Part shown: positions 10,022-20,500 of the stretch, piece by piece | Layout: each line of letters opens with the position of its first letter | How positions within the stretch are numbered: position 1 is the first letter of the stretch | IMG/VR virus record: IMGVR_UViG_3300025617_000006 | From: a virus | Length of the DNA stretch: 64,000 bases | Strand: one strand, 5' to 3' | Translations under genes and position numbers: made by a program | The notes under the pieces: model-generated | What the model was told of the DNA's origin: nothing | The model's input: the letters and a program-made list of their open reading frames with translations, nothing else | Database searches by the model: none

Positions 10022-10577
10022 GATGCTCAATTGTTCCTTCGTTATCAATAATAGATGTAAAGTTTGAATTGGCCCATGCCCATTCAGACGGATGTACCTC
10101 TTGAGGTTCAACACCAATATCTTGATACATTCTAAACCAAACTGGATCTGCGCCTCTACGTACTCGCCAAAGTTCGCTATTTAGACTTAAAAGCATTTCG
10201 GCTTCGTTAGGGAATCGCACATCAGGAATTACAAAATTAGTTTTAGGATTGTCAAGTATTAGTTTCTTAGTTAGACTTACCCAAATGCCATCATAAAAAC
10301 CATTGCGCATACACTCAGTGCCAAACTCTTGTAACACTAGTCTAGGAGATATTGCTCTACCAGTTTCGTTAGACCAGTATTCGTCTTTTTGCTCTCTCCA
10401 TTGTCGTGCTTCATCAGTTTTGCCTTCGAGCATTTGACGATCCCAGTCAAACATAACTGCGACAGCATCTTTAAGTTTGTCAGCGAAACTAATTTTTACA
10501 AAATTGTGGTTTTTAATTAGATAATCTGCGACAGTATCTTTGCCACTACCGATTAATCCGCTAATACCAATAATCAT
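9966..10577 (-). CDS. gp1: Deoxynucleoside monophosphate kinase (gp1-like)
   Basis: MIIGISGLIGSGKDT P-loop, SFADKLKD, PRLVLQEFGTE, IPDVRFPNE, HPSE. Confidence 0.92.
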   Translation of the reverse strand: MIIGISGLIGSGKDTVADYLIKNHNFVKISFADKLKDAVAVMFDWDRQMLEGKTDEARQWREQKDEYWSNETGRAISPRLVLQEFGTECMRNGFYDGIWVSLTKKLILDNPKTNFVIPDVRFPNEAEMLLSLNSELWRVRRGADPVWFRMYQDIGVEPQEVHPSEWAWANSNFTSIIDNEGTIEHLKSQVKGRLASTSLLHAV

Positions 10578-10603
10578 AATTACTCCTAAACAATATACTG
10601 TAT

Positions 10604-10632
10604 ATTATATAGAATAATTATGTGTTTGTCAA
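10604..10632 (-). promoter_or_regulatory. Consensus sigma70 promoter for the dNMP kinase gene
   Basis: TTGACA (10632-10627), 17-nt spacer, TATAAT (10609-10604), with A-tracts upstream (UP-like element). Confidence 0.85.
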
Positions 10633-10678
10633 GTATTTTTTACTTTTTTGGCTTTATGCTTTAATTATAGCGCAAACA

Positions 10679-11428
10679 CTAGCCGATAGTAAAGCCGTAG
10701 CCTACACCGCCAGCGATATTCATTTTTAGGTCTTCTTCTAGTTTTTCCATTTCACCCTGTGCTTCTGCTTTAAGAGCATCACCGTTAAGTGTAGAACCAC
10801 CTTGTGGTCCTGCAATGGTAGCAAACTTTGAACGTGCTTCGCCTAACATAAATTTACACTTAGCAAGTGTGTAATCTTTAATCCATTGACTTGCTAGATA
10901 GTCATTAAACAATTCGCTATCTGGTCGATGGTTATAAACGTACAAGAGCATTTCTTCTTCTGCTCTCGGACGTTGTAGTAACATTAATTCTTTTGTTGTG
11001 TTGTTCCATTTAAACTCGATAAATGAGCCAAACATACGACCAACTAATTCTTGGTAACCTGAAAACATTTCATATGTTGCTAATCCGCCCATGTTTGAAC
11101 TTGCTAACAAATATGTATTTGTGTATGCCATATTAAATGGTTCAAACAATGTTCCGCCGTCTCCGCCGCCTGTGCGTGATCCAACTGATCGTCTAAAAAT
11201 TTGACGAACTTCCATAATGCTTGAATCAAGAGTGTATGAGTTTTGGTCGATTACTGTAGTTAAAAATACATAAGACTCTTCAACTGAATTGTCACCTCGC
11301 TGACGGTATTTTGCCAATGACGATTTTAATGCAGTTTCGTAATGGATTGGGTCAAGTTCAACATCAACCATCCCGCCGCCTAGCATTGCGTTTACATAAT
11401 CAAAAATATCTTGTTTTTGTGTTGCCAT
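10679..11428 (-). CDS. gp13: Neck protein (gp13-like)
   Basis: LGGGMVDVELD, WIKDYTLAKCKFMLGEARSKF..IAGPQGG.TLNG motifs. Confidence 0.85.
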   Translation of the reverse strand: MATQKQDIFDYVNAMLGGGMVDVELDPIHYETALKSSLAKYRQRGDNSVEESYVFLTTVIDQNSYTLDSSIMEVRQIFRRSVGSRTGGGDGGTLFEPFNMAYTNTYLLASSNMGGLATYEMFSGYQELVGRMFGSFIEFKWNNTTKELMLLQRPRAEEEMLLYVYNHRPDSELFNDYLASQWIKDYTLAKCKFMLGEARSKFATIAGPQGGSTLNGDALKAEAQGEMEKLEEDLKMNIAGGVGYGFTIG

Positions 11429-11448
11429 AATGTTTTAGTCTCCAATTG

Positions 11449-11481
11449 TATTTATGCGAATGGTCTCCGTGTCGATAAATA
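11449..11481. promoter_or_regulatory. Back-to-back late promoter motifs driving gp13 (-) and gp14 (+)
   Basis: GCATAAATA on minus (core 11454-11449) and GATAAATA on plus (core 11476-11481) in a 61-bp gap. Confidence 0.65.
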
Positions 11482-11489
11482 CAAGTACT

Positions 11490-12653
11490 ATGCCGAGAAT
11501 AAGTTTATATAAACCGCAAAAGGGTAACGACTATCAGTTTCTTGATAACACTATAACAGAGATGTTTACAGTGGGAGGAACTGATGTGTTTGTACACAAG
11601 TATCTAGGACCAAAGAATCCAGAGGAAGCAGATGCTACTCCGTCACAGCCTCATTATGACGCTGTTAAAGAAACAAATATTCAAGATATGCTGTTTATGG
11701 AAAACAGAGATCGCAAGTACGATCCAGACATTTATACAATGCGTGGCATTTACAGCGTACAAGATAACGACTTTGATATGAGTCAGTTTGGATTATTCTT
11801 AACTAACGACACTTTGTTTATGACTATTCCAATTAATTATAGTGTTAAAACTTTAGGTCGAAAAGTTATGCCCGGGGATGTATTTGAGTTGCCTCATTTA
11901 AAAGACGACCATGCTCTTAATGATTATAGTGTTGCACTAAAACGTTTCTATGTTGTAGAAGATGTTAATAGAGCCGCTGAAGGATTTACACAAACTTGGT
12001 ACCCACACCTATACAGAGTCAAATTAAAACAGATTGTTGACTCGCAAGAATTTAAAGAAATACTAGACTTACCAGCAGAAGAAGGTTCATCACAAACATT
12101 ACGCAATGTACTTTCTACATACGAGTCAGAGATGCAGGTTAATGACGCCATCCTTGCCCAGGCAGAGGAAGATGCTCCTAAGAGCGGATACGATACAACT
12201 CCATTCTACACACTTCAAGTCGACGCAGAAGGCAATCCTGAACTTGTTGGTGCAGACGAAACACTTATTGATGCGAGCATTGACAGTGGAGCACTTGATG
12301 CTAGTAGAGTAAATGAAACTCCTACAGCAACTGGTTATCAAGGGTACTTAATTGGAGACGGTATTCCGCCCAACGGTGAACAGTTCGGATTTGGTGCTTC
12401 ATTTCCGTTAGAAACTGTACGAGGTGATTATTTCTTAAGAACTGATTTTATGCCAAATAGATTATTTAGATTTGACGGACAAAGATGGATTAAAATGGAA
12501 GATTCAGTACGCATGGCACTGTCAAACACAGATGATAGAACAACTTATAAAACTGGATTTATCAATAACACACAAACAAGTGAAATTGCTGACGAAACTG
12601 TCCAACAAAGACAAAGTTTAAGTCAAGCACTTAAACCGCAGGCGGATAACTAA
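11490..12653 (+). CDS. gp14: Neck/head-closure protein (gp14-like) with C-terminal extension
   Basis: Start reassigned to MPRISLYK (11490), just after the promoter motif; QDMLFMENRDRKY, SQFGLFL, GDVFELPH; sits between gp13 and gp15. Confidence 0.7.
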   Translation: MPRISLYKPQKGNDYQFLDNTITEMFTVGGTDVFVHKYLGPKNPEEADATPSQPHYDAVKETNIQDMLFMENRDRKYDPDIYTMRGIYSVQDNDFDMSQFGLFLTNDTLFMTIPINYSVKTLGRKVMPGDVFELPHLKDDHALNDYSVALKRFYVVEDVNRAAEGFTQTWYPHLYRVKLKQIVDSQEFKEILDLPAEEGSSQTLRNVLSTYESEMQVNDAILAQAEEDAPKSGYDTTPFYTLQVDAEGNPELVGADETLIDASIDSGALDASRVNETPTATGYQGYLIGDGIPPNGEQFGFGASFPLETVRGDYFLRTDFMPNRLFRFDGQRWIKMEDSVRMALSNTDDRTTYKTGFINNTQTSEIADETVQQRQSLSQALKPQADN

Positions 12654-14065
12654 TGGCTCAACATTTTTATGACGGACAGATAAGAAGATATATTACTCAA
12701 ATGATTAGATTGATGAGTAATTTTTCTTATAAAAACGGCGACGGTACACTAACGCAAATTCCAGTTATGTACGGAGATATTACACGTCAAGTTGGTCACA
12801 TCTTACGAGATAATTCAGAGAATAAAGTTCCAAGTGCGCCTCGAATTGCATTATACATGACAGGACTAGAATTAGATCGTGACAGATTAGCCGATGCTAC
12901 GCATGTTAGTAAAGTGCATCTTAGAGAACGTGCATGGGATTCAGACGGTCAGGAATATTTAAATACACAAGGTAAGAATGTAACAGTTGAGAGGCTAATG
13001 CCAACTCCTTATACATTAAGTGTAAGTGCAGACATATGGTCGACTAATACTGATCAAAAATTACAAATTATGGAACAGATATTAATGCTGTTTAATCCAA
13101 GTTTAGAAATACAAACTACAGACAACTACGTAGACTGGACAAGTTTAAGCGTTGTTAACCTTGACGGAGTAACATGGAGTAGTCGAAGTATTCCAGCAGG
13201 TGCAGAAACCGAAATCGATGTAGGAACTTTACAATTTACTACACCCATCTATATTAGTCCGCCAGCAAAAGTTAAAAAACTTGGTGTTATTACTAATGTA
13301 ATTATGAGTATTTTTAACGAAGAAACTGGAAGTATTGATTTAGGACAATCAACACCGGAATTTAAACGTTATAGTAATGACACTGTGTATCAACAAGACG
13401 GCGAAGGTGTTGGAGAACGAAATGATGCCGATGCTCTTCAAGTAACTGGACACAAAAACTACGATCTATTAGTAATGGGCAACGAAGCACAACTAATTAG
13501 CAAGGGCGTAGTTGGAACAACACTATGGGACGGATATTTAGAAGCACTACCTGGAGAATTTACTGCTGGAGTTAGCCAACTACAATTAACTAGACAAGAT
13601 TTAAGTCAAAGTATTAACGGGTCAGTTGCAATTAATCCAAATGACGGTACAAAATTATCAATTACTTGGGATTCTGACACCATTCCTAGTGATACTGTTA
13701 TAACAGGAAGCACAGGAGATCGAAATAAGATTGATTATATTATCGATCCAACTAAAACTAATCCAACAAACATCAAATCGCCGGGTGCAAGAATATTACT
13801 ACTAGAAAGAATTGGCGATGCAGATAATGCAGACGGTGCTGATGCTTGGAAGAACACAGATAATTCAGACTTTGTAGCAAGTGCAAACGATATTATTGAA
13901 TGGACTGGCACAGAGTGGAATATTCTGTTTGATGCTAGTACTGAAGAAAATATCAAATACACTACTAACTTAAATACCGGAATTCAGTACAAATGGACTG
14001 GATCAGAATGGATATTATCATTCGAAGGCGAATATCGAAACGGAACGTGGCGCATACAGTTTTAA
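12653..14065 (+). CDS. gp15: Tail terminator / sheath stabiliser (gp15-like) with C-terminal extension
   Basis: HFYDGQIRRY, IPVMYG, PTPYTL, QIMEQILMLFNPSL motifs; TAATG coupling to gp14. Confidence 0.85.
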   Translation: MAQHFYDGQIRRYITQMIRLMSNFSYKNGDGTLTQIPVMYGDITRQVGHILRDNSENKVPSAPRIALYMTGLELDRDRLADATHVSKVHLRERAWDSDGQEYLNTQGKNVTVERLMPTPYTLSVSADIWSTNTDQKLQIMEQILMLFNPSLEIQTTDNYVDWTSLSVVNLDGVTWSSRSIPAGAETEIDVGTLQFTTPIYISPPAKVKKLGVITNVIMSIFNEETGSIDLGQSTPEFKRYSNDTVYQQDGEGVGERNDADALQVTGHKNYDLLVMGNEAQLISKGVVGTTLWDGYLEALPGEFTAGVSQLQLTRQDLSQSINGSVAINPNDGTKLSITWDSDTIPSDTVITGSTGDRNKIDYIIDPTKTNPTNIKSPGARILLLERIGDADNADGADAWKNTDNSDFVASANDIIEWTGTEWNILFDASTEENIKYTTNLNTGIQYKWTGSEWILSFEGEYRNGTWRIQF

Positions 14066-14077
14066 ATAACTATATGT

Positions 14078-14518
14078 ATGAGCCAGAAGATATCCTGTAG
14101 TGGTGCATTATTTTACGCACTAAATACCAAACGTTTCTTATTCTTACACCGTACACAATCAAAACAAAACAATGTTTGGGGACTTGTTGGTGGTAAAGGA
14201 AACACTGGTGAAAGCCCTATTAATATACTTCAGAGAGAGATTCAGGAAGAACTAGGATTTCAGCCTGAAATCTTAAAAACAATTCCATTAGAAACATTTG
14301 TTAGCACTGATGAAAAGTTTAATTTTCATACATACCTTACAGTTGTAAAAGAAGAATTTATTCCAAATTTAAATAACGAACATGACGGATATGCGTGGGC
14401 TAGTTTTAGTAAATGGCCAAAGCCGATTCACCAAGGTTTGCGTAATACATTACAAAACAAAACTAATGTTACTAAACTTGAAGCAGTATTTGAAGTTATT
14501 AATCTATTAGAGAATTAG
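14078..14518 (+). CDS. Nudix hydrolase
   Basis: WGLVGGK...GE......QREIQEELG Nudix box; LNNEHDGYAW. Confidence 0.85.
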   Translation: MSQKISCSGALFYALNTKRFLFLHRTQSKQNNVWGLVGGKGNTGESPINILQREIQEELGFQPEILKTIPLETFVSTDEKFNFHTYLTVVKEEFIPNLNNEHDGYAWASFSKWPKPIHQGLRNTLQNKTNVTKLEAVFEVINLLEN

Positions 14519-14520
14519 AA

Positions 14521-15663
14521 ATGAAAATATTAGTTATCGGCGATATAATTATCGACAAATATATATACGGTACAAGCACTCGGCTAAGTCCAGAGGCTCC
14601 AGTGCCAGTAGTTAGTCAAAAACGCACTGAAGAATCGTTAGGTGGCGCTGGACTTGTATACGAAAATCTTAAAAGCCTAGGTGTTGATGTTGAACTGTTT
14701 AACTATCAAGGTAATAACAGTGTTAAAACTCGAGTTATGTGCGACGGACATTATGTTACTCGTATTGATAATGATGTTTATGCTGACGGTGTTGAAATTC
14801 TTGAACGAATACAACGCATGAATTTTTCAGCCTATTCATATGTTATTCTAAGCGATTATAACAAAGGTGTTTTAGATCAATCATTAAAAATTATCGAGCA
14901 TCTTAATACATTCGGCTGTAAAGTTATTGTAGATCCAAAAGAACATGCTACACAATATGAAGGTGCATGGCTAGTAAAGCCTAATCATAAAGAGTTTAGC
15001 GACTTTGGGTTTATCCATTGGCAAAGCAACATTATCACAACTAATGCAGGTAACAATGTAATTGCAAAAATAGACGATAATGTATTTGAAGTACCTGTTG
15101 ATAACTTAGAAGTAACTGATGTTACAGGCGCAGGTGATTGCTTTATGGCTGGGTTTGTATACGGATTAACTAAAGAGTATAATTTTCAAAAGTGTTTAGA
15201 AATTGCTATTAAAGGCTCAACCAAAAGTGTAAAACATTCTGGTACGTATATACTGACACAACAAGACATAGAGGAAACTGTAGTCTTTACTAACGGTGTA
15301 TTTGACATCTTACACGAAGGACATTTTCAATTACTAAAATTTGCAAAATCAAAAGGAAATAAACTCGTAGTAGGCATTAATAGTGATGCTAGTACTAAGC
15401 GACTAAAAGGCGAAAGCCGGCCAATTAACGATCAACTGCAACGGCAGATAAATTTAAAATTATTACCCTGGGTTGACGATGTAATAATCTTCAACGAAGA
15501 CACTCCGTTAGAACTTATGAAACGAGTAAATCCTGACTTGCTCATTAAAGGCGGAGACTATACAATAGAAACAGTAGTTGGGCATGACTTATACCCTGTC
15601 GAACTTTTTCCTACTGTAGAAGGTAATTCTACATCAATGATTATAGAAAAAATTAAACAATGA
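14521..15663 (+). CDS. hldE: Bifunctional heptose-7-phosphate kinase / heptose-1-phosphate adenylyltransferase
   Basis: PfkB domain (RLSPEAPVPV, SDYNKG, VDPK, DVTGAGD) fused to a nucleotidyltransferase (TNGVFDILHEGH, GINSDAS, KGESRPIN, KGGDY). Confidence 0.92.
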   Translation: MKILVIGDIIIDKYIYGTSTRLSPEAPVPVVSQKRTEESLGGAGLVYENLKSLGVDVELFNYQGNNSVKTRVMCDGHYVTRIDNDVYADGVEILERIQRMNFSAYSYVILSDYNKGVLDQSLKIIEHLNTFGCKVIVDPKEHATQYEGAWLVKPNHKEFSDFGFIHWQSNIITTNAGNNVIAKIDDNVFEVPVDNLEVTDVTGAGDCFMAGFVYGLTKEYNFQKCLEIAIKGSTKSVKHSGTYILTQQDIEETVVFTNGVFDILHEGHFQLLKFAKSKGNKLVVGINSDASTKRLKGESRPINDQLQRQINLKLLPWVDDVIIFNEDTPLELMKRVNPDLLIKGGDYTIETVVGHDLYPVELFPTVEGNSTSMIIEKIKQ

Positions 15664-16484
15664 GAATATTAGTAACAGGACACGAAGGATTTATTGGAAA
15701 GAATCTCGCATCTTATTTGCAGTACAAAGGACATGACGTTGAAGGATGGGAATGGCAAGAGAATAAATTTCCAGATGCTCAACAATATGATAAAGTTATT
15801 CATCTAGGAGCAATAAGTTCAACAACTGAAACAGATATCGAAAAGGTTATGAAGCAAAACTATGAGTATACCATGAAACTTATAGAAATTTGTGATATGA
15901 TGGGTACTAGTATACAGTATGCTAGTTCAGCAAGCGTGTACGGTCAAGGAACTAACGGGTTTACTGAAGAATCTATGTGCAGTCCACAAAGCCCTTATGC
16001 TTGGAGTAAGTATCTTATTGATAGATGGGTTAAAGAATACCAAGATGACTTCAAAATCAACATCCAAGGATTTCGATATTTCAATGTATATGGTAATTTT
16101 GAAGATCATAAAGGCGATCAAGCAAGCCCAGTAACTAAATTTACTAAACAGGCAAAAGAAACTGGTAAAATTTATCTGTTTGAGAACAGCGATGCTTATC
16201 TACGTGATTTTGTTAGTGTACAAGATGTGTGCTTAGTACATGAGAAAATGTTGGAAATGGACATAAACGGTATTTTCAATGTAGGTACCGGTGTTGCAAG
16301 GTCTTTTAAGTCGATTGCTGATACTATTGCTAAAAAGTATAATGCCGAAGTTGTTGAAATTCCAATGCCTGACAAGTTAAAAGGCCAATACCAAGAATAT
16401 ACATGTGCCAACATGTCTAAAACACTGTCTACTATCGATCATACGTTTATTAGGCCCGAGGAATGGATTAATGACCAAGGATAA
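15660..16484 (+). CDS. hldD: ADP-L-glycero-D-manno-heptose 6-epimerase
   Basis: TGHEGFIG, HLGAISSTTE, YASSASVYG, YAWSK, FRYFNVYG..EDHKG, YQEYTCA. Confidence 0.9.
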   Translation: MRILVTGHEGFIGKNLASYLQYKGHDVEGWEWQENKFPDAQQYDKVIHLGAISSTTETDIEKVMKQNYEYTMKLIEICDMMGTSIQYASSASVYGQGTNGFTEESMCSPQSPYAWSKYLIDRWVKEYQDDFKINIQGFRYFNVYGNFEDHKGDQASPVTKFTKQAKETGKIYLFENSDAYLRDFVSVQDVCLVHEKMLEMDINGIFNVGTGVARSFKSIADTIAKKYNAEVVEIPMPDKLKGQYQEYTCANMSKTLSTIDHTFIRPEEWINDQG

Positions 16485-17172
16485 TTGCAAAGTCGAGTGG
16501 TGGAGTGTTGTACCAGGATTAACTAAAGTCGAACCTGTACAAACTGCTACCAAATTTTTGCCTCCCTGGTTTAAAAATATGCCACAGTTTTTGCAAGAAG
16601 ACAGTTTTCGTGACAAGGGTACATTAAAAAATTGCCCCGGATTTGTCGATTACTATAAAAATGCTTATGTTGTAACTATGTGGTGCGATTTTCACTTAAA
16701 AGTTACTAAAGATGATATAGCATGGCATTCAAGTAATGAAGATTTTACTATGAGTCTACACTACAATAACCAATTTAAAGATTATTTGCCTGAAAGTGCT
16801 AAAGATAAGTTTTTATGTGTTGCAAAAACCGATTGTCCGTGGCGTGTACGTACAAGTCCAGGCTGGGCAATGATGCAATTACCAATGTTTTATGATTTTA
16901 ATGAATATTTTGAATGCATGCCAGGGGTAACTCACACCGAATGGAGTCACCAGATTAATCAGCAACTACTAATTAAAAAAGAAGGTGAGTTTTTAATAGA
17001 AAAAGGCACACCTTTAGCAATGTATGTACCTATTAAACTTGCAGACCTCGAAACTACTGTACAAGACGAAGACGAAGACAAGTATCGTGCGAGTTTTGTC
17101 AGTAATATGATATTTCAAAGCAAATTTAAAGGCGCATATAAAAAATTTAGAGATAAATGGAGTAAAAAATGA
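16471..17172 (+). CDS. Hypothetical protein (KxCPG motif; C-terminal I.KGTPL motif)
   Basis: Start reassigned to MTKDNCK (16471), overlapping the hldD stop region; operonic with hldE/hldD. Confidence 0.55.
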   Translation: MTKDNCKVEWWSVVPGLTKVEPVQTATKFLPPWFKNMPQFLQEDSFRDKGTLKNCPGFVDYYKNAYVVTMWCDFHLKVTKDDIAWHSSNEDFTMSLHYNNQFKDYLPESAKDKFLCVAKTDCPWRVRTSPGWAMMQLPMFYDFNEYFECMPGVTHTEWSHQINQQLLIKKEGEFLIEKGTPLAMYVPIKLADLETTVQDEDEDKYRASFVSNMIFQSKFKGAYKKFRDKWSKK

Positions 17173-17573
17173 ATCGACTTGAAGGAAAAGTAGATAAAGG
17201 TTGGGGATATGAGTTAATTTGGGCAACTAATGACTTATACTGCGGTAAACTTATGGTATTTGAAAAAGCAGGAGCAAAATTTTCCATGCATTTCCATAAA
17301 GAGAAAGACGAAACCTGGTTTGTTAACGCAGGACGCTTTGAAGTTAAGTGGATTGACACTAAAGATGCTATGCTTTACAGTAAAGAACTTAAACCTGGAG
17401 ATGTTTGGCACAATCCTCCATTACAACCGCACCAATTAACCTGTCTCGAAGCCAATAGTAGTATCAGTGAAGTAAGTACTGCTGACTCAGTTGAAGACAA
17501 CTACCGTATTATCCCCGGTGACAGTCAAAAAGACGTAATTAGGAAAAATTCTCCGCCGCCAACAATGCCTTAG
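17169..17573 (+). CDS. Cupin-domain protein (sugar isomerase-like)
   Basis: KGWGYE, SMHFHKEKDETW, PLQPH, EVST cupin metal-binding motifs. Confidence 0.8.
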   Translation: MNRLEGKVDKGWGYELIWATNDLYCGKLMVFEKAGAKFSMHFHKEKDETWFVNAGRFEVKWIDTKDAMLYSKELKPGDVWHNPPLQPHQLTCLEANSSISEVSTADSVEDNYRIIPGDSQKDVIRKNSPPPTMP

Positions 17574-20500
17574 GCTTGCGCTTCTGACCAACGTACAATA
17601 ACGTTACCGTCAATATCAGCACCTGATGTTTTATACACGTTAATTGCTAGTACGTCTGGTCCATTCGGGAATGTTCCTCTACCACCTAGTGTAGTATTAG
17701 TTAATTCTTTAATGAATGACAGATCCAATGTCGACCTTTCTCCAGGTTGCGCAATAAACGAAAAGATAGTTTCGCCTGGCTGAGCAAACGGTGGTTGTGT
17801 AAAGTCAAACGTGATTTGTGTTGAACCTGCGGTAATAGCAGTAGCATTAGATGTTTGGTTAAACGTCACATCATAATATTCTGTTCCACCGTATGTTTCT
17901 AATCTAACTGATGATACCGCTGTACCTGCTGGGAATCTTGAATCACTAACAGTAGTACCTTGAATAACACCTGCTGAATCATATCCTGCTTTTTCAAAGA
18001 AGATATTGTTAGTTGGTGCATCTTTAAACTTCTTAGTAAGAACAATAGTTACATTTGAGTTTACAATGTCAGTATTTGGTCTAGCACTAGTAAAGATAAG
18101 TCTTAAACTTCCTAAACTTCTTGAACCATATGTATATGATGAAATATCAGTAATTGTAGTTCCTACAGGGAAGTAATTCCCTGATTGACTTTGTACTTCA
18201 AGACCAATTTCAAACAATGCTTGATTTGCTAGGTAAAAACTGTTTTGTACAAAGAAGTAGTTTCTTGAATTATCTAATGTATTATCCCAATTGGTATTAC
18301 CACTTCGATATCCTCTATCAACTGCTGTACATGTTGCGGTTAATGCCGCCTGAGTAGTAACTGCTGTTGTGACTGTTGTTGCACCTGAGTTCCAGTTAAC
18401 CGAACCTCCCGGAGCAATCTGTGCAAAACTCGGCTGTCCACCTTGTGCCAGTCCTGATAGTCCCTGCCAACCAACATCGCTTGGATTAAGTGGATAGTTT
18501 TGCGGGTTAAGAATACCTTCAATAACAATACCGCCGGTATCTGCATCTACTGGTTGATCTGTTGTAATTTCAAGACCTTCAAGTAGTAACTGCGCTCTGT
18601 TTAGTAGTTCTCTTTCGCCTAAGTCTCCAACAAGTGCATTACTAACACTAGGTGCAAGTCTTAATAGGAAGGAAGTGTTTCTAGTTGTTGAAATTTCAAC
18701 ACCTGTGGATTTATATGAGAACAAGTAACCACGATCTGAATCAAAGCCGCCGTCTGTAATAAACGCTGAACCCCAGTGTGAAATATTTGGTGAAGCAGTA
18801 TTACTTACTAGTACTACACCAGTGTTCCGTGTATGCTCTGTTGCTGGGCCGCCTGTGTATGTTCTAGTAGCGCCTGAAGCAAAGTTGGTCATACTTGCTG
18901 AACGTGTAATACCTGTTAAGTTTTTACCATCAACTCCGGTAAATCGAATCATTTCAGCATCAATATATACAATCCCGCCTTCGGGTGGGAAGAAAGATGC
19001 ATCTTGTAACGGAATAATAGTTTGTGTACTTGTAATATCACTTGCTAATTTATCGTTAGGACCTTCGTTTGTAATTTCGTAACGCACAGGCATGTTACCA
19101 GTACGCATAAACGCTTCTGTATTAATGTTTGAGTTACGCATTCTGTGACAGAACACAAAGTTACCATCGGCACCACGTAGCATATAGTCAATAAAACCAG
19201 CACCATACCATGAATACTGAATTCCTACCATCTGCATTTTTGATATGTCCATGTTATAACCGCTTGGACCTGTTCCATCCATTCTATCTCGGTTAAAATC
19301 TTTTTGCTCAGTTTTCTTATCTCTAACTAAACAAATTTTACTTGCTCTAACATCAGTTACTCCACGGAAGTCAGGTGTTAGATACATTGTTGTATTGTCA
19401 ACAACCTGTGATACAACGTGGGTCATGCCCTTAAGAACAATTCTATCACCTGCTTTTAATTGCTCTCTAAATCGTGTTCCAGTACCTGTACATGTATTTG
19501 AATCAACGTTAATACCAACAACTCCGGCTAACTGTAACGTAGCAGTTCTTTGTACTGCACTAAACTGCGTACCATCATACTCAAAGAAGATACCGTTTTG
19601 ATCATCAAACGCACCCGAGCGCACAGTTGCACCGTGGAACGTTTTAAGTGATACTTGACACTCTGATGTTAACTCAGGTGTAGTAGATCCTAATGCATTT
19701 TTTGCAACTATTTCAAATACGTTTTCGTTATTAATTGCTGATACAGTATATTCATCGTTATATCCAACTGTTGACACACCGATTAGTTTAATAATACCAC
19801 CAACTTGTAAACCATGTTCTGTTTCGTCGGTTTCAACTGTGATAATACTGCCAACCGCAGTACCATCTGCTGTAATATCTAAAATATTATAACTTGGTGC
19901 AAATAGCGCACCAGTTGTATACATAATACCCTTACCTGACTGGTAACGAATGTACTTTTTACTTTGACGAATTGCTTGCGCACCATGTTGCGGACCGCCT
20001 GTACCTAACTGCACACCACCGTCATATGGTCTATGAATAAAGAATGAGTCTGGCCTTGGATACACGTTACCAATCACCGGGTCGTCTCCCGGACTACCGT
20101 CGCCTGCTGTATCAATAGTTCCTGGTGCTCTACACTGGTATTCTAGTTGTGTAAGACTTGGAACTGCTGTTGCACTAAACGGACCTGCCGCTAAGTTATG
20201 ATCATTGTTGCCGTCATCTGATGCAATAGTAATTGCAAACGAATCTCCTGGTACTAAACCATGCGGTGTTTGGAATGTAACTCTAATACTTGCTAACGCT
20301 TCATATGTAACCACAGTAGCCTGTTCTATTGGACCAGTTGTTTGTTCAGTCATTGTTACAGAACTATATAAGTCAAGTGTTTCGCCAGTTACTGCTGTAC
20401 CACTTATATCAATACCTAAAAACTCTCCTTCGGTTGATTCAACTGTACAACGTAATGTTAAGTCGTTTGTTGGTGTATCTCCACCTAGTTGATCACCTGG

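Noticed and set aside
11454-16470. ORF-track starts at 11454 and 16405
   Set aside because: 11454 lies upstream of the promoter motif and 16405 overlaps hldD by 80 nt; 11490 and 16471 fit better
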